Below, piece by piece: positions 31,028 to 41,032 of a DNA stretch of 64,000 nucleotides. The notes below the pieces were generated by a model that had not been told where the DNA came from, did not search any database, and saw nothing but the letters and a program-made list of their open reading frames with translations. The DNA is from Verrucomicrobiota bacterium. Its GTDB lineage: Bacteria > Verrucomicrobiota > Verrucomicrobiia > Opitutales > Coraliomargaritaceae. The position numbers were made by a program, and so were the translations under genes. Location: NCBI GenBank assembly GCA_039815375.1, contig JBCBZJ010000002.1, forward strand, positions 128,001-192,000, in the 5' to 3' direction. Numbering within the stretch: the first letter of the stretch is position 1; each line of letters begins with the position of its first letter.

Positions 31028-32112
31028 TCGAATCTCTCCTCAGTAACGAGAAGGCAGAACTGACTCATAACACTAAAAAAGGCTCTCCTGTTGTTCTCAG
31101 CACACGTTTGCGTCTGGCCCGGAACGTAGCAGGCACACCTTTTCCCGAGCGTGCCACTTCGGCACAGAGAAGTGACGTTTTGACCAAGTGCGCCGAGCAG
31201 TTGGCAGAGCTCGGACCGATGAAACGGGGTTCTTTTTTCGAGATTTCTGATCTTTCTGATCTCGAGAAACAAGTCCTCGTCGAGCGCCACCTTATAAGCC
31301 GTGAATTGTGTGAATCCAATCAGGGTTCAGGTGTTTTCATCAACAAGGACCAAACGTGCTCGGTCATGATCAATGAGGAAGATCACCTGCGCATCCAGTT
31401 TCTCAAATCCGGGTTTCACTTGAAAAACGTCTGGAAGCAGATCGATCATTTTGACAGCGACCTCGAGGATAGCCTCAATGTGGCCTATAACTCGGAGTTC
31501 GGTTACCTGACTGCTTGCCCGACAAACCTAGGCACAGGTCTTCGGGCCTCGGTCATGATGCATCTGCCAGGACTCGTCATAGCAGAACAGATGGAAAAAG
31601 TAGTTCGTGCCGTGAACCAGCTTGGGATCACGGTTCGCGGGCTGTTTGGCGAGGGTTCTGATGCGACTGGCCACGTCTTCCAGATTTCGAACCAGCAGAC
31701 TCTGGGCGAAACCGAGACCGATATTATCGAACGCCTGGGTAATGTCCTGAAGACTGTAATCGATCACGAGGTAAACGCTCGTTTCAAGTGTCTTGAAGAC
31801 ATTCAGGCAAAACTACTCGACCAAATCGGCCGCGCCTACGGAGTGCTTCGCAATGCGCATGTGGTCAGTTCCAACGAGGCCATGAATTTACTGTCTTTGA
31901 TGCGTCTTGCCGTCGATTTTGAGATGCTGCCCGAGTCAAATCGTTCGGATGTGGACCGTTTTTTTATCGAGTGCCAACCTGGCCACATCCAACATGCTGC
32001 GCAGGTCGGAATCGATCCGGAATCACGCGATGTCACCCGCGCAGATAAATTAAGGGAAGAATTCAGCACACTTCCGGCTCTTGATTTTGACAAGGTCCCT
32101 GATCTGTCATAA
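31024..32112 (+). CDS. mcsB: Protein-arginine kinase McsB
   Basis: STRLRLARN, INEEDHLR, GYLTACPTNLGTGLRAS, FQISNQQTLG. Confidence 0.95.
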   Translation: MIESLLSNEKAELTHNTKKGSPVVLSTRLRLARNVAGTPFPERATSAQRSDVLTKCAEQLAELGPMKRGSFFEISDLSDLEKQVLVERHLISRELCESNQGSGVFINKDQTCSVMINEEDHLRIQFLKSGFHLKNVWKQIDHFDSDLEDSLNVAYNSEFGYLTACPTNLGTGLRASVMMHLPGLVIAEQMEKVVRAVNQLGITVRGLFGEGSDATGHVFQISNQQTLGETETDIIERLGNVLKTVIDHEVNARFKCLEDIQAKLLDQIGRAYGVLRNAHVVSSNEAMNLLSLMRLAVDFEMLPESNRSDVDRFFIECQPGHIQHAAQVGIDPESRDVTRADKLREEFSTLPALDFDKVPDLS

Positions 32113-32133
32113 ATACTGCTATAGCTTTTTGAT

Positions 32134-34620
32134 ATGGAACCCATGAACAATTTTACTCCACGGGCACAGCAAGTGTTGGCGCTCGCAAGGAAGGAGGCGG
32201 ATCGCTTCCATCATAACTACGTGGGCACCGAGCATCTTCTGCTCGGCCTCATCAATCTGGGCCAGGGTGTGGCTGTCAATGTTCTTCAAAAAATGGGGCT
32301 CGACCTCCAGACGGTTCGATCCGCGGTTGAGAAGCAGGTCGGCACGGGTCCTGAAAGTAAGCCATCCGGCAATATTCCCTATACTCCTCGTGTAAAAAAG
32401 GTTTTGGCTCTTGCCGGTAAGGAAGCGAAAGCACTGAACCACTCCTATGTTGGGACAGAGCATATTCTTCTTGGTTTACTTCGCGAAGGTGAAGGTGTCG
32501 CCGCTCGTGTTCTCAAGTCGCTCGATGTTGATATTGAACGTTGCCGTAATGAGATTTTGGCAGAGCTCGATCCGAATTTTTCCGGTGAACCTGAAGAAGC
32601 TGCTGCAGGTGGCAAACAAGGTGCCACGCCGGAAGACAAGAAAGACAGCAAAACACCGGCACTCAAAGCCTTTGGTCGCGACCTGACTGAACTTGCCAAA
32701 AAGGGTGATCTCGACCCTGTCGTTGGTCGTAAAAACGAAATTCGCCGTGTCGTTCAGATTCTGTGCCGCCGGACAAAGAACAACCCCGTCTTAATCGGTG
32801 AGGCTGGCGTCGGCAAAACAGCAATTGTAGAAGGCCTCGCGCAAGAGATTGCCTCCGGTATCGTCCCAGAAATCCTGATGGATAAGAAGGTCATCACGCT
32901 CGACCTCGCCTTAATGGTCGCTGGCACGAAATACCGTGGCCAGTTTGAAGAGCGGATAAAAGCGGTGATGGACGAGATTCGCCGGGCCAAGAATGTGATA
33001 ATTTTTATCGATGAGCTTCACACTATAGTGGGTGCAGGTGCGGCCGAAGGTGCGATGGATGCCTCAAATATTTTCAAGCCTGCGCTGAGTCGTGGCGAGC
33101 TTCAGTGCATTGGTGCTACCACGCTGGCGGAATATCGTAAGTATATTGAGAAGGACAGCGCGCTCGACCGTCGATTCCAGTCGGTCAAGGTAGATGCGCC
33201 TTCGATTGAAGACACGATCCAAATTCTCAAAGGTATCCGCGGAAAATACGAAGACCATCACAAGTGCACGTTCAGCGACGAGGCTCTCGAGTCTGCCGCG
33301 AAGCTTTCCGAGCGCTACATCACGGCCCGTTTTCTTCCGGATAAAGCGATCGACATTTTGGATGAGGCTGGCGCCCGTGCCCGTATCGAGTCGCTCAAGC
33401 AACCCCCTGAAATTGAAGAAATGACTTCCGTCATTGACGAGGTTTGTTCCAAGAAGGAAGAAGCGATTGCCGGTCAGCACTTCGAGGAGGCTGCCAAGTT
33501 CCGTGATGAAGAAAAGCAGCTTCGCAAGAAGCAGGCTGACATTATCGATGAGTGGAAGAAGTCACGCGAGGAGAACAAAATCAACGTCGATGAGGAGGAG
33601 ATGCTTCAAGTGGTGGCTGATTGGACTGGGATTCCGCTTTCACGGATGGAGCAAAAAGAGAGCAAGAAGCTACTCAATCTTGAATCTGAGCTTCAACGTG
33701 AAGTGATTGGACAAAACATGGCTACAGAAGTCATTTCCAAGGCACTTCGTCGTTCACGTGCGGATTTGAAAGATCCCAAGCGTCCGATTGGTTCGTTTAT
33801 GTTTCTCGGACCAACTGGCGTGGGTAAAACACTGCTGGCCAAGGTTCTGGCAGAGGAGATGTTCGGTGATAAGGACGCCATCATCCAGATCGACATGTCT
33901 GAATATATGGAAAAGTTTGCAGTGTCCCGTCTCGTTGGTTCGCCTCCTGGCTATGTTGGCTACGAAGAGGGCGGGCAGCTAACCGAGGCAGTCCGACGCA
34001 AACCATATTCCGTGGTGCTTTTTGACGAAATTGAGAAAGCCCATCCGGACGTTGTCCAACTTCTCCTTCAGGTGCTCGAAGAAGGCCGCTTGACTGATAG
34101 CCTTGGTCGAAAAGTTGATTTCCGGAACACAATCCTGATCATGACTTCCAACGTCGGTGCTGACATTTTGCAGCGAAATACCTCAATGGGCTTTGGCATA
34201 GAGAGCACCGCTGAAAATGAATACGAGAAGATCCGGGAAAAAATCCTTGATGAGACCAAGCGGGTCTTCAAGCCGGAGTTTCTTAACCGTCTGAATGACC
34301 TTGTTATCTTCAAGTCGCTAGGCAAAGAAGACATGCAGGCGATTGTCGAGCTTGAGCTCCGAAACGTTGCTGAACGTTTGAAAGAGCGTGAACTTGAGTT
34401 CGAATTCACTCAGGAGGCCAAGAACTTTCTCATAGAGAAGGGCTACGACGAGAAGTATGGTGCCCGCCCACTTCGTCGTGCGGTTGAAAAATACCTCGAA
34501 GACTCACTTGCTGAGGCGATTCTCTCTGCAGAGATTAAACACGGTGAGCTAATCCGTGTTACGGTTGAGGAGGATGAAAAATCGCTGCGCTTCGAACAGG
34601 ATCAACCTGTCGCTTCCTAG
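32134..34620 (+). CDS. clpC: ATP-dependent Clp protease ATPase ClpC
   Basis: Double Clp-N domain, two Walker A motifs ([16 protein letters not shown]), UVR middle domain, MGF ClpP-binding loop. Confidence 0.97.
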   Translation: MEPMNNFTPRAQQVLALARKEADRFHHNYVGTEHLLLGLINLGQGVAVNVLQKMGLDLQTVRSAVEKQVGTGPESKPSGNIPYTPRVKKVLALAGKEAKALNHSYVGTEHILLGLLREGEGVAARVLKSLDVDIERCRNEILAELDPNFSGEPEEAAAGGKQGATPEDKKDSKTPALKAFGRDLTELAKKGDLDPVVGRKNEIRRVVQILCRRTKNNPVLIGEAGVGKTAIVEGLAQEIASGIVPEILMDKKVITLDLALMVAGTKYRGQFEERIKAVMDEIRRAKNVIIFIDELHTIVGAGAAEGAMDASNIFKPALSRGELQCIGATTLAEYRKYIEKDSALDRRFQSVKVDAPSIEDTIQILKGIRGKYEDHHKCTFSDEALESAAKLSERYITARFLPDKAIDILDEAGARARIESLKQPPEIEEMTSVIDEVCSKKEEAIAGQHFEEAAKFRDEEKQLRKKQADIIDEWKKSREENKINVDEEEMLQVVADWTGIPLSRMEQKESKKLLNLESELQREVIGQNMATEVISKALRRSRADLKDPKRPIGSFMFLGPTGVGKTLLAKVLAEEMFGDKDAIIQIDMSEYMEKFAVSRLVGSPPGYVGYEEGGQLTEAVRRKPYSVVLFDEIEKAHPDVVQLLLQVLEEGRLTDSLGRKVDFRNTILIMTSNVGADILQRNTSMGFGIESTAENEYEKIREKILDETKRVFKPEFLNRLNDLVIFKSLGKEDMQAIVELELRNVAERLKERELEFEFTQEAKNFLIEKGYDEKYGARPLRRAVEKYLEDSLAEAILSAEIKHGELIRVTVEEDEKSLRFEQDQPVAS

Positions 34621-34646
34621 ATTATTTTGAATTGGTTTTAGATAAG

Positions 34647-34682
34647 TATCCGGTTTTGCTCTAGCAGAACCGGATATTTTTT
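34647..34682 (+). terminator. Rho-independent terminator after clpC
   Basis: TATCCGGTTTTGC-TCTA-GCAGAACCGGATA followed by T6. Confidence 0.85.
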
Positions 34683-34688
34683 GCCTCT

Positions 34689-35480
34689 ATGACCAGCGAA
34701 TCAAAGATACATCCTACCGCACTGATTGATCCCTCTGCTTCGATTGCTCAGGATGTTGAAGTCGGTCCCTATGCGTTGATTGAGGCAGAAGTTTCGATTG
34801 CTTCTGGCTGTCGTATTGCGGCGCATGCGATCGTTCGGGATCATTCGATACTGGGCCAGGATGTGCAGATCGACAGCTTTGCAGTGATCGGTGGTTTGCC
34901 TCAGGACCTGTCTTTTGATCCTTCAATAGAATCCTACGTGGAAGTTGGCAAAGGAACAGTAATTCGCGAAGGGGTAACCGTGCATCGATCAACTCGTTCA
35001 GGTGGTAAGACCGTGATTGGAGAAGGCTGCTTGCTAATGGCAAATTCACATGCGGCTCATGACTGCCAGGTTGGTGATGGTGTAATCATGGCCAACAACG
35101 TTATGTTGGCAGGTCATGTTCATATCGGTAGCGGCTCCTTCCTTGGAGGTGGCTGTGGCATCCACCAAAATGTAACGATTGGCGAGCTTGTGATGGTGGC
35201 AGGAAACGCTTCGGTGACTTATGATGTGCCATCTTTTGTGATGGTGGCCGAGCGTAGTATTGTAATGGGTCTCAATTTGATCGGTCTCAAACGAAAACTC
35301 TCCCGCGAGGCGATTTCTGATCTGCGAGCCTGTTACAAAGCAGTCTACCTACAGGTCGGAAATCCCGCGAAACTCGCCGAAGCAATAGATGCGGTGACTG
35401 CCGAAGGAGAGAGATTTCTTGCCTGCTTTAACGAAGCGCGCCGAGGTCAGTTTTCGCGCTCAAGGGTCCAAATTGGCTAG
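34689..35480 (+). CDS. lpxA: UDP-N-acetylglucosamine acyltransferase (LpxA family)
   Basis: IHPTALID, GGLPQDL, IREGVTVHR, HAAHDC, LAGHV, GLNLIGLKR. Confidence 0.9.
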   Translation: MTSESKIHPTALIDPSASIAQDVEVGPYALIEAEVSIASGCRIAAHAIVRDHSILGQDVQIDSFAVIGGLPQDLSFDPSIESYVEVGKGTVIREGVTVHRSTRSGGKTVIGEGCLLMANSHAAHDCQVGDGVIMANNVMLAGHVHIGSGSFLGGGCGIHQNVTIGELVMVAGNASVTYDVPSFVMVAERSIVMGLNLIGLKRKLSREAISDLRACYKAVYLQVGNPAKLAEAIDAVTAEGERFLACFNEARRGQFSRSRVQIG

Positions 35481-35489
35481 GTTCTAAGT

Positions 35490-36470
35490 TTAGCAAGCTG
35501 TATTTCGCTTAACGTTAAAAGACCAGACGTTGTGCCGACCATAGGGTTTGATGTGGGCAACATATTCTTCCTTCTTAATATTAAGGGGGATGTTTGGGAC
35601 TGCTCGATCAACGTAGACACGGTCACCGGGGCACGCGCTGCAAAGGCGACTCGCAATGTTGATAGGGCGGCCGATGTAGTCGTTGCCGATTTCTAGATGG
35701 CTGGCTAAACCGAAGCAAATTCCGGCACCAATCTCTTCCGGCGCTCCATGAGTGAAATGCGGACTATCCTTGACCATTTTCCATTTGTTGTGGAGGTCGA
35801 GAGCGGATTGTAGTGCTACATTTACTGCCAGCTCCCGATCGGGCGGGCTAGTCTCCCAAATTGCAAGCACGCCGTCTCCGAGGAACTTTGTCATATCAGG
35901 CGGAAAGCGTTGCAGGGATTTAATCGCCATATTGTAGAAGGCCGACATCAGCCCACAGGTGTAGGGCGATTCGATCTCCGGCTTTTCGCAGAAGAGACTG
36001 AAGCCGCGAATATCGATCACCAGCGCGAGTAATTCGCAAGGTTTACCGAATTCAACTTCGGGTTCGCTGCTCTCGATAAAGGGATAAGCAGTGAAGATCT
36101 CTTCCTCGAATTGATAGTAACTCGATTTACTGACCGAGTCGCTGTAGAAGTTCAATCCCTGCAGATATCGATCATAAGATACAGGGCGATATTGCAGTTC
36201 TGAGATTCCGTATCCTTTGCTATTTTGTGCACGGCTGGTATGGAAGCGGGCAGAGAATTTGCGCACTTTTTCTTCTTTGCCTTCCAGCTTTTTGATCACT
36301 TTCGATACCTCCGGCTCGTCCAGCACAAGGAAGTTTTCAAAGCCATCTACCGTAAAGAAAACGTGTCGATACTCCGGATGCACGGTTTGGAAACGACTAC
36401 AAATATCCCAGAATTCGGTGAAACCGAGGCCGAGGATGGGATACTGGCGACGTATAATGGTCGAAGACAT
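35490..36470 (-). CDS. Class III adenylate/guanylate cyclase domain protein with unknown N-terminal domain
   Basis: VIDIRGFS, KFLGDG, DYIGRPINIASRL. Confidence 0.85.
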   Translation of the reverse strand: MSSTIIRRQYPILGLGFTEFWDICSRFQTVHPEYRHVFFTVDGFENFLVLDEPEVSKVIKKLEGKEEKVRKFSARFHTSRAQNSKGYGISELQYRPVSYDRYLQGLNFYSDSVSKSSYYQFEEEIFTAYPFIESSEPEVEFGKPCELLALVIDIRGFSLFCEKPEIESPYTCGLMSAFYNMAIKSLQRFPPDMTKFLGDGVLAIWETSPPDRELAVNVALQSALDLHNKWKMVKDSPHFTHGAPEEIGAGICFGLASHLEIGNDYIGRPINIASRLCSACPGDRVYVDRAVPNIPLNIKKEEYVAHIKPYGRHNVWSFNVKRNTAC

Positions 36471-36475
36471 ATGAG

Positions 36476-37387
36476 CTAACTTTTTGGCAGAAAAAAGCCG
36501 CGTTGCTTTTGGCTAATCGATAGGTCGACTTTTTCCATGACCTGAAGCATGTCCTCCCAGACCTGACGTTTTGTTTTGAGCGTGTTGTTTCGCAAAAGGT
36601 AGGAGGGATGAAAAGTGATCATCAGGGGGATGCCCTCGAATTCGTTCCAGGTGCCGCGAGCAGAGCCCATCCTGCGATTCGGATCCGGTCCCAGAAATCC
36701 GGTCACGGCCGTATTCCCAAGGGCGACGATAACCTTTGGCTTCACGATCTCGATCTGCGCCTTGACGTAGGGTAGACAGAAATTCATCTCCTCGATAGTC
36801 GGTGGACGATTGCCGTAGGGCTTATCGTGTTCGGGGCGCCATTTCAGTATATTCGCAATGTAGACCTTCTCGCGTTGCAGGCCCATCGCCTGGATGATCC
36901 TGGTGAGGAGTTGACCTGCTTTGCCGACAAAAGGCTCTCCCAGGATTTCTTCGTCCGCGCCCGGAGCTTCGCCGCAAAAGAGGATGTCGGCTTCAGTGCT
37001 GCCTACGCCGAAAACAACTTTGCCGTTTTGGCTGAGGTGGTCCGTGCAGATCGGGCAGCTTTCGACCCGCTCTTTTAGCCATGCCAATTGAGTGGCTGCA
37101 TCTCCTTTTGGCAGATCGAATGTTGCTGGTGTATCGGGTATAGGCTTGATTCCGCTAGGGTCTGGCGCTGGTTTTACTGAGGTTTTCTTTTCAGTGGCCT
37201 CTGTCTCTTTGACCAGCTCCTTGAGGTCGGCTATTGGCGTAGTTCTTGAATCCTGCTTGTTTTCAGGGTTTGCAGCCGATGGTAGCTTGAGTAGCTCCAG
37301 TGTATTCTCGTCAACGAAGACTCGATCCACGCCTTCCTTTTGCAAACGATTCAACTCTTCGTGTATCGCTTTTAACCCGGTAGACAT
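36476..37387 (-). CDS. Uracil-DNA glycosylase, family 4
   Basis: [33 protein letters not shown]. Confidence 0.93.
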   Translation of the reverse strand: MSTGLKAIHEELNRLQKEGVDRVFVDENTLELLKLPSAANPENKQDSRTTPIADLKELVKETEATEKKTSVKPAPDPSGIKPIPDTPATFDLPKGDAATQLAWLKERVESCPICTDHLSQNGKVVFGVGSTEADILFCGEAPGADEEILGEPFVGKAGQLLTRIIQAMGLQREKVYIANILKWRPEHDKPYGNRPPTIEEMNFCLPYVKAQIEIVKPKVIVALGNTAVTGFLGPDPNRRMGSARGTWNEFEGIPLMITFHPSYLLRNNTLKTKRQVWEDMLQVMEKVDLSISQKQRGFFLPKS

Positions 37388-37465
37388 TACAACAGCTTTG
37401 ACTATACCGCTTATGTCGTCCAGCTACTTTTCTAATCTATTGTAAAATTCCGACCTTGATCAGGC

Positions 37466-38344
37466 CTAGTTCTCACCGCGTGGGTCCAGTGCATCGCGTA
37501 ATCCGTCGCCAATAAAATTAAGTGCGAAGATTGTCAGAGAAAAGAAAATCGCCGGGAAGATGAGTTGCCATGGATAGACATCGATTTTCAGGGATCCGGA
37601 ATGAATCAGGGTTCCCCAGGAGCTCATTGGCGGTTGCACGCCCAATCCGAGGAAACTGATGATCGATTCGAGTAGGATGACGGAAGGTATGGTCAGCGTC
37701 GTGTAAACAATAACAGGTCCGATCAGGTTGGGCAGGATGTGTCGCATTAGAATGCGACTTTTGGGAACACCATTTACGCGGGCTGCATCGACAAAATGTA
37801 AGTTACGTAAGGCCCTTGTTTGGCCGCGAACAATACGTGCCATCGTCAACCACTCGACCGCTCCGATAGCTAGAAAGATAAGCAGTATGCTGCGCCCCAT
37901 CAAAACAGTGAGCAGAATGACGATAATGGTGAAGGGGAGCGCATAGAGTGTGTCGACAAACCGCATCATGATCCCCTCGGTTCGTCCACCTGTGTAGCCT
38001 GCTAACATTCCGTAGGTTACTCCAATGAACAAGGCAACAGCCGTGGCCGCAAATCCGACACCGATGGAAATACGCCCCCCTATCAGAGTGCGGACCAACA
38101 CATCGCGGCCTAGGTCGTCCGTTCCAAACCAATGCGCGGTATTTGGCGCTTGCGCACCATATTCAAGGTTTGTCGTTTCGTAGGAGTGTGGTATGATGAT
38201 AGGTCCGACGAGGCAGGCTAATGTGATGAGGATAAAGAGAACTCCACCGATTCTTGCCATCTGGTTCCGGCATAGGCGTTCCCAGGCGTCACGCCCAAGT
38301 GAACGTGCTTCTGAGGAAAGGGTTTCTCGGCGGTTCCTGGTCAT
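37466..38344 (-). CDS. oppC: Oligopeptide ABC transporter permease OppC
   Basis: HWFGTDDLGRD, RHILPN, SFLGLGVQPP..SWG, GDGLRDALDP. Confidence 0.93.
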   Translation of the reverse strand: MTRNRRETLSSEARSLGRDAWERLCRNQMARIGGVLFILITLACLVGPIIIPHSYETTNLEYGAQAPNTAHWFGTDDLGRDVLVRTLIGGRISIGVGFAATAVALFIGVTYGMLAGYTGGRTEGIMMRFVDTLYALPFTIIVILLTVLMGRSILLIFLAIGAVEWLTMARIVRGQTRALRNLHFVDAARVNGVPKSRILMRHILPNLIGPVIVYTTLTIPSVILLESIISFLGLGVQPPMSSWGTLIHSGSLKIDVYPWQLIFPAIFFSLTIFALNFIGDGLRDALDPRGEN

Positions 38345-38428
38345 TTAGTGGAGTTGGGTGTGCCCACTGAGCTCGCTGCTATATTGCTGCGCTGCGATGT
38401 CGGTGAAAAATCCTGTTCTTCTTTCTTC

Positions 38429-39346
38429 TTAGTCATGGCGTGTGCGTGGGTTCATCCACATTTGGATGAGATCGACCAGTAGATTGAAGAGAATAATAAG
38501 GACTGCGTAGAAGAGCACAGTTCCCATCACGAGAGTGTAGTCCCGATTGAAGGCCGAATTAACGAAGAACATGCCAAGGCCCGGGATGAAGAAAATGGTC
38601 TCTACGATAAAAGAACCGCTGATCAATCCCGCTACAGCGGGGCCGAGGTAGGCAACTACCGGATAGAGCGCGCTGCGCAGTCCATGACGCATAACAACGA
38701 ATCTCTCCTTCAGGCCCTTTGCGCGAGCTGTGCGTATATAGTCGTGCTGAATCGTATCCAGCATTCCACTACGTGTGAGTCGCGCGATGTAAGCACCGTA
38801 AAAGAGACCAAGAGTAAGCGCGGGGAGGAAGCGATCACTTGCAACCGACCAACCTAGTGGATTGAACCAACCAAGTCCCGAACTGAATACCAGCAGCAGC
38901 AATGGACCTAGGACGAATGTTGGCAAACAGATGCCGATCATGGCAGTGCCCATCAATGCGGTTTCCGAGGCTTTCCCGTGATAGATTGCCGCGAGAACGC
39001 CAATCGGAATGCCAAGGCTGAGGGCAATGATCAGGGCGAGTCCACCCAATTCCAAAGAGACCGGGAAGCTCTGGCCGATAATTTCTTCGACCTCCCATCC
39101 GGTGTATTTGTATGAGGGGCCGAATTCTCCCCGCAGTGTGTTGCCTAGAAAATTAAAATACTGCTGATAAATCGGCAAGTCCAAGCCGTAATGCGCTTCA
39201 ATCTGTGCTTTTACTTCAGGTGGAACCGGCTTTTCGTCGTCAAACGGTCCTCCGGGTGCCGTGCGCAGGAGTAGAAATGTCAGTGTTGCAATCAGCCATA
39301 GTGTGGGAATGGCTTGAAGTAGACGTCTGACGAAGTGGCTAAGCAT
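38429..39346 (-). CDS. oppB: Oligopeptide ABC transporter permease OppB
   Basis: APGGPF, YGLDLP, DYIRTARAKGL, ETIFFIPGLG, NRDY. Confidence 0.93.
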   Translation of the reverse strand: MLSHFVRRLLQAIPTLWLIATLTFLLLRTAPGGPFDDEKPVPPEVKAQIEAHYGLDLPIYQQYFNFLGNTLRGEFGPSYKYTGWEVEEIIGQSFPVSLELGGLALIIALSLGIPIGVLAAIYHGKASETALMGTAMIGICLPTFVLGPLLLLVFSSGLGWFNPLGWSVASDRFLPALTLGLFYGAYIARLTRSGMLDTIQHDYIRTARAKGLKERFVVMRHGLRSALYPVVAYLGPAVAGLISGSFIVETIFFIPGLGMFFVNSAFNRDYTLVMGTVLFYAVLIILFNLLVDLIQMWMNPRTRHD

Positions 39347-39352
39347 TTTATC

Positions 39353-40966
39353 TCATTCGGACCTCAAGCGGACCGATTGGTAAAGATGGTAGTCGAGGAT
39401 ATTTGCATGCCAGCCTTCCACGCTTGGATCAATGAGCAAGCTGGTGACATAGAAGTAAATCGGCATGACCGGCATTTCCTCGAGCAGGAGTGCCTCGGCC
39501 CGTTGGAAAATCTCGAAACGCGCTTCGTTGCCTGTCGCCAGCGTTGCAGCTTCGACGAGCTGGTCGAAATCCTCGTTGCTCCAGTTGGTGTGATTATTCC
39601 CGTTGTCCGTCTCGCCAAGACTGAGGAAGGTGTTTGGGTCGTCGTAGTCGCCGAACCATGCTGCGCGGAGGATATCAAAGTTTCCTGCTTCACGGGTAGA
39701 AAGGTAGGCCTTCCATTCCTGATTATAGAGGGTAACATTGATACCCAATTCTTCTTTCCACATCTGTTGGATAGCGACTGCGATACTACGGTGGGCATCG
39801 CTCGTATTGTAGAGAATTTCAAAAGTGGGGAAACTCTCGCCACCAGGATAACCGGCTTCGGCCAGAAGCTGTCGAGCGAGCTCGGGGTCGTAGATGAGTC
39901 GGGCTTCGGCATTGTAGCTGCCTCCTGTATTTGGTGGTGTAAAGTGATAGGCTGGCTTTTGTCCCGCCTTTAGCACGTGTTCGGTAATCGCTTCGCGATC
40001 AATGGAGTAGGCGAGTGCTTTGCGAACCCGCGGATCGTTGAGTGGCTCCCGGGACGTATTGAACATGTAGTAGTAAACGCCGAGCGCCGTATCGAAGCGC
40101 ATGCGTTCCGGCATGTTATCCTGATACCAATTGACTCGATGGGGTAGGACGGTCGAGGTGAGATGAAGATGCCCGGCACGGAAAGCCCGTTCTTCAGCAT
40201 GGACCTGGATGGGTAAAAAGTGAACACCGTTGAGCCAGACGGAATCCGGGTCTCGAAAGAAGGGGTTTCGATCTGCGTAGATGGAGCTGTTAATGCGCCA
40301 TTCTTCGAGCTTGAAGGGCCCGTTTCCAACGAAGTTTTTTGGTTTGGTCCATTCCGAGATTCGAGCAGTCATGCCGCCGTGTTTCTCAATGGTCGGTGGG
40401 TGCACCGGCCACCAAGTGTAATGTGTCAGAAGGCTGAGGAAATAGGGAGTTGGCTGTGCCAACTCAATCACCAGTGTGCGTTCGTCAGGGGAGGAGACAC
40501 CCACCTCGGAGAAATCACTCAATTCTCCTTTGTGGAAGCGGTCGGCATTCTTCATGTCGTAGAGCATGTAGGCATAGGGCGCGCCAAGAGCGGGTGAAAG
40601 AATACGCTCAAAGGAGTAGATGAAATCTTGAGGAGTGACGGGATCGCCATTAGACCAACGTGCATTCGGGTCGAAGTTGAAGGTGTAGAAACACCCATCT
40701 TCAGAGATGCTCCAGCTCTTCGCCACGGCTGGAATGACCTCCATGGTCTCGGTGTTGAAGGTCGCGAGACCTTCATAGAGAGCGAGTGTGACATGAAGTT
40801 CGGTTAGACCGGTGATTAGGTGCGGATCCAGCCCGGCGGGTTCTGTGCCGATACCAAAGTAGAGTTCGCGGGCTTCGTTACCGCGCTCGACGTTGGTTTT
40901 CCGTGGTTCACAGCCGCAAAGCGCACAAAGCGCTAGTAGAAGGGCAGCGAGACGGCATGATGACAT
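39353..40966 (-). CDS. oppA: Oligopeptide ABC transporter substrate-binding lipoprotein
   Basis: Lipobox LCGC, ARWSNGDPVT..DF, GNGPFKL, VRKALAYSIDR, W.GDY.DP.TFL. Confidence 0.92.
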   Translation of the reverse strand: MSSCRLAALLLALCALCGCEPRKTNVERGNEARELYFGIGTEPAGLDPHLITGLTELHVTLALYEGLATFNTETMEVIPAVAKSWSISEDGCFYTFNFDPNARWSNGDPVTPQDFIYSFERILSPALGAPYAYMLYDMKNADRFHKGELSDFSEVGVSSPDERTLVIELAQPTPYFLSLLTHYTWWPVHPPTIEKHGGMTARISEWTKPKNFVGNGPFKLEEWRINSSIYADRNPFFRDPDSVWLNGVHFLPIQVHAEERAFRAGHLHLTSTVLPHRVNWYQDNMPERMRFDTALGVYYYMFNTSREPLNDPRVRKALAYSIDREAITEHVLKAGQKPAYHFTPPNTGGSYNAEARLIYDPELARQLLAEAGYPGGESFPTFEILYNTSDAHRSIAVAIQQMWKEELGINVTLYNQEWKAYLSTREAGNFDILRAAWFGDYDDPNTFLSLGETDNGNNHTNWSNEDFDQLVEAATLATGNEARFEIFQRAEALLLEEMPVMPIYFYVTSLLIDPSVEGWHANILDYHLYQSVRLRSE

Positions 40967-41032
40967 AGGCCTTAGTCAAGCTGACTTAGGAAAGTCATCA
41001 AGTGGTAATATCTGTGTTTTTGAGGATAACCT

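Noticed and set aside
35490..36470. Cyclase as a Pycsar-type anti-phage system
   Set aside because: No adjacent cNMP-binding TM or TIR effector, specificity residues are adenylate-type and the neighbours are housekeeping genes.
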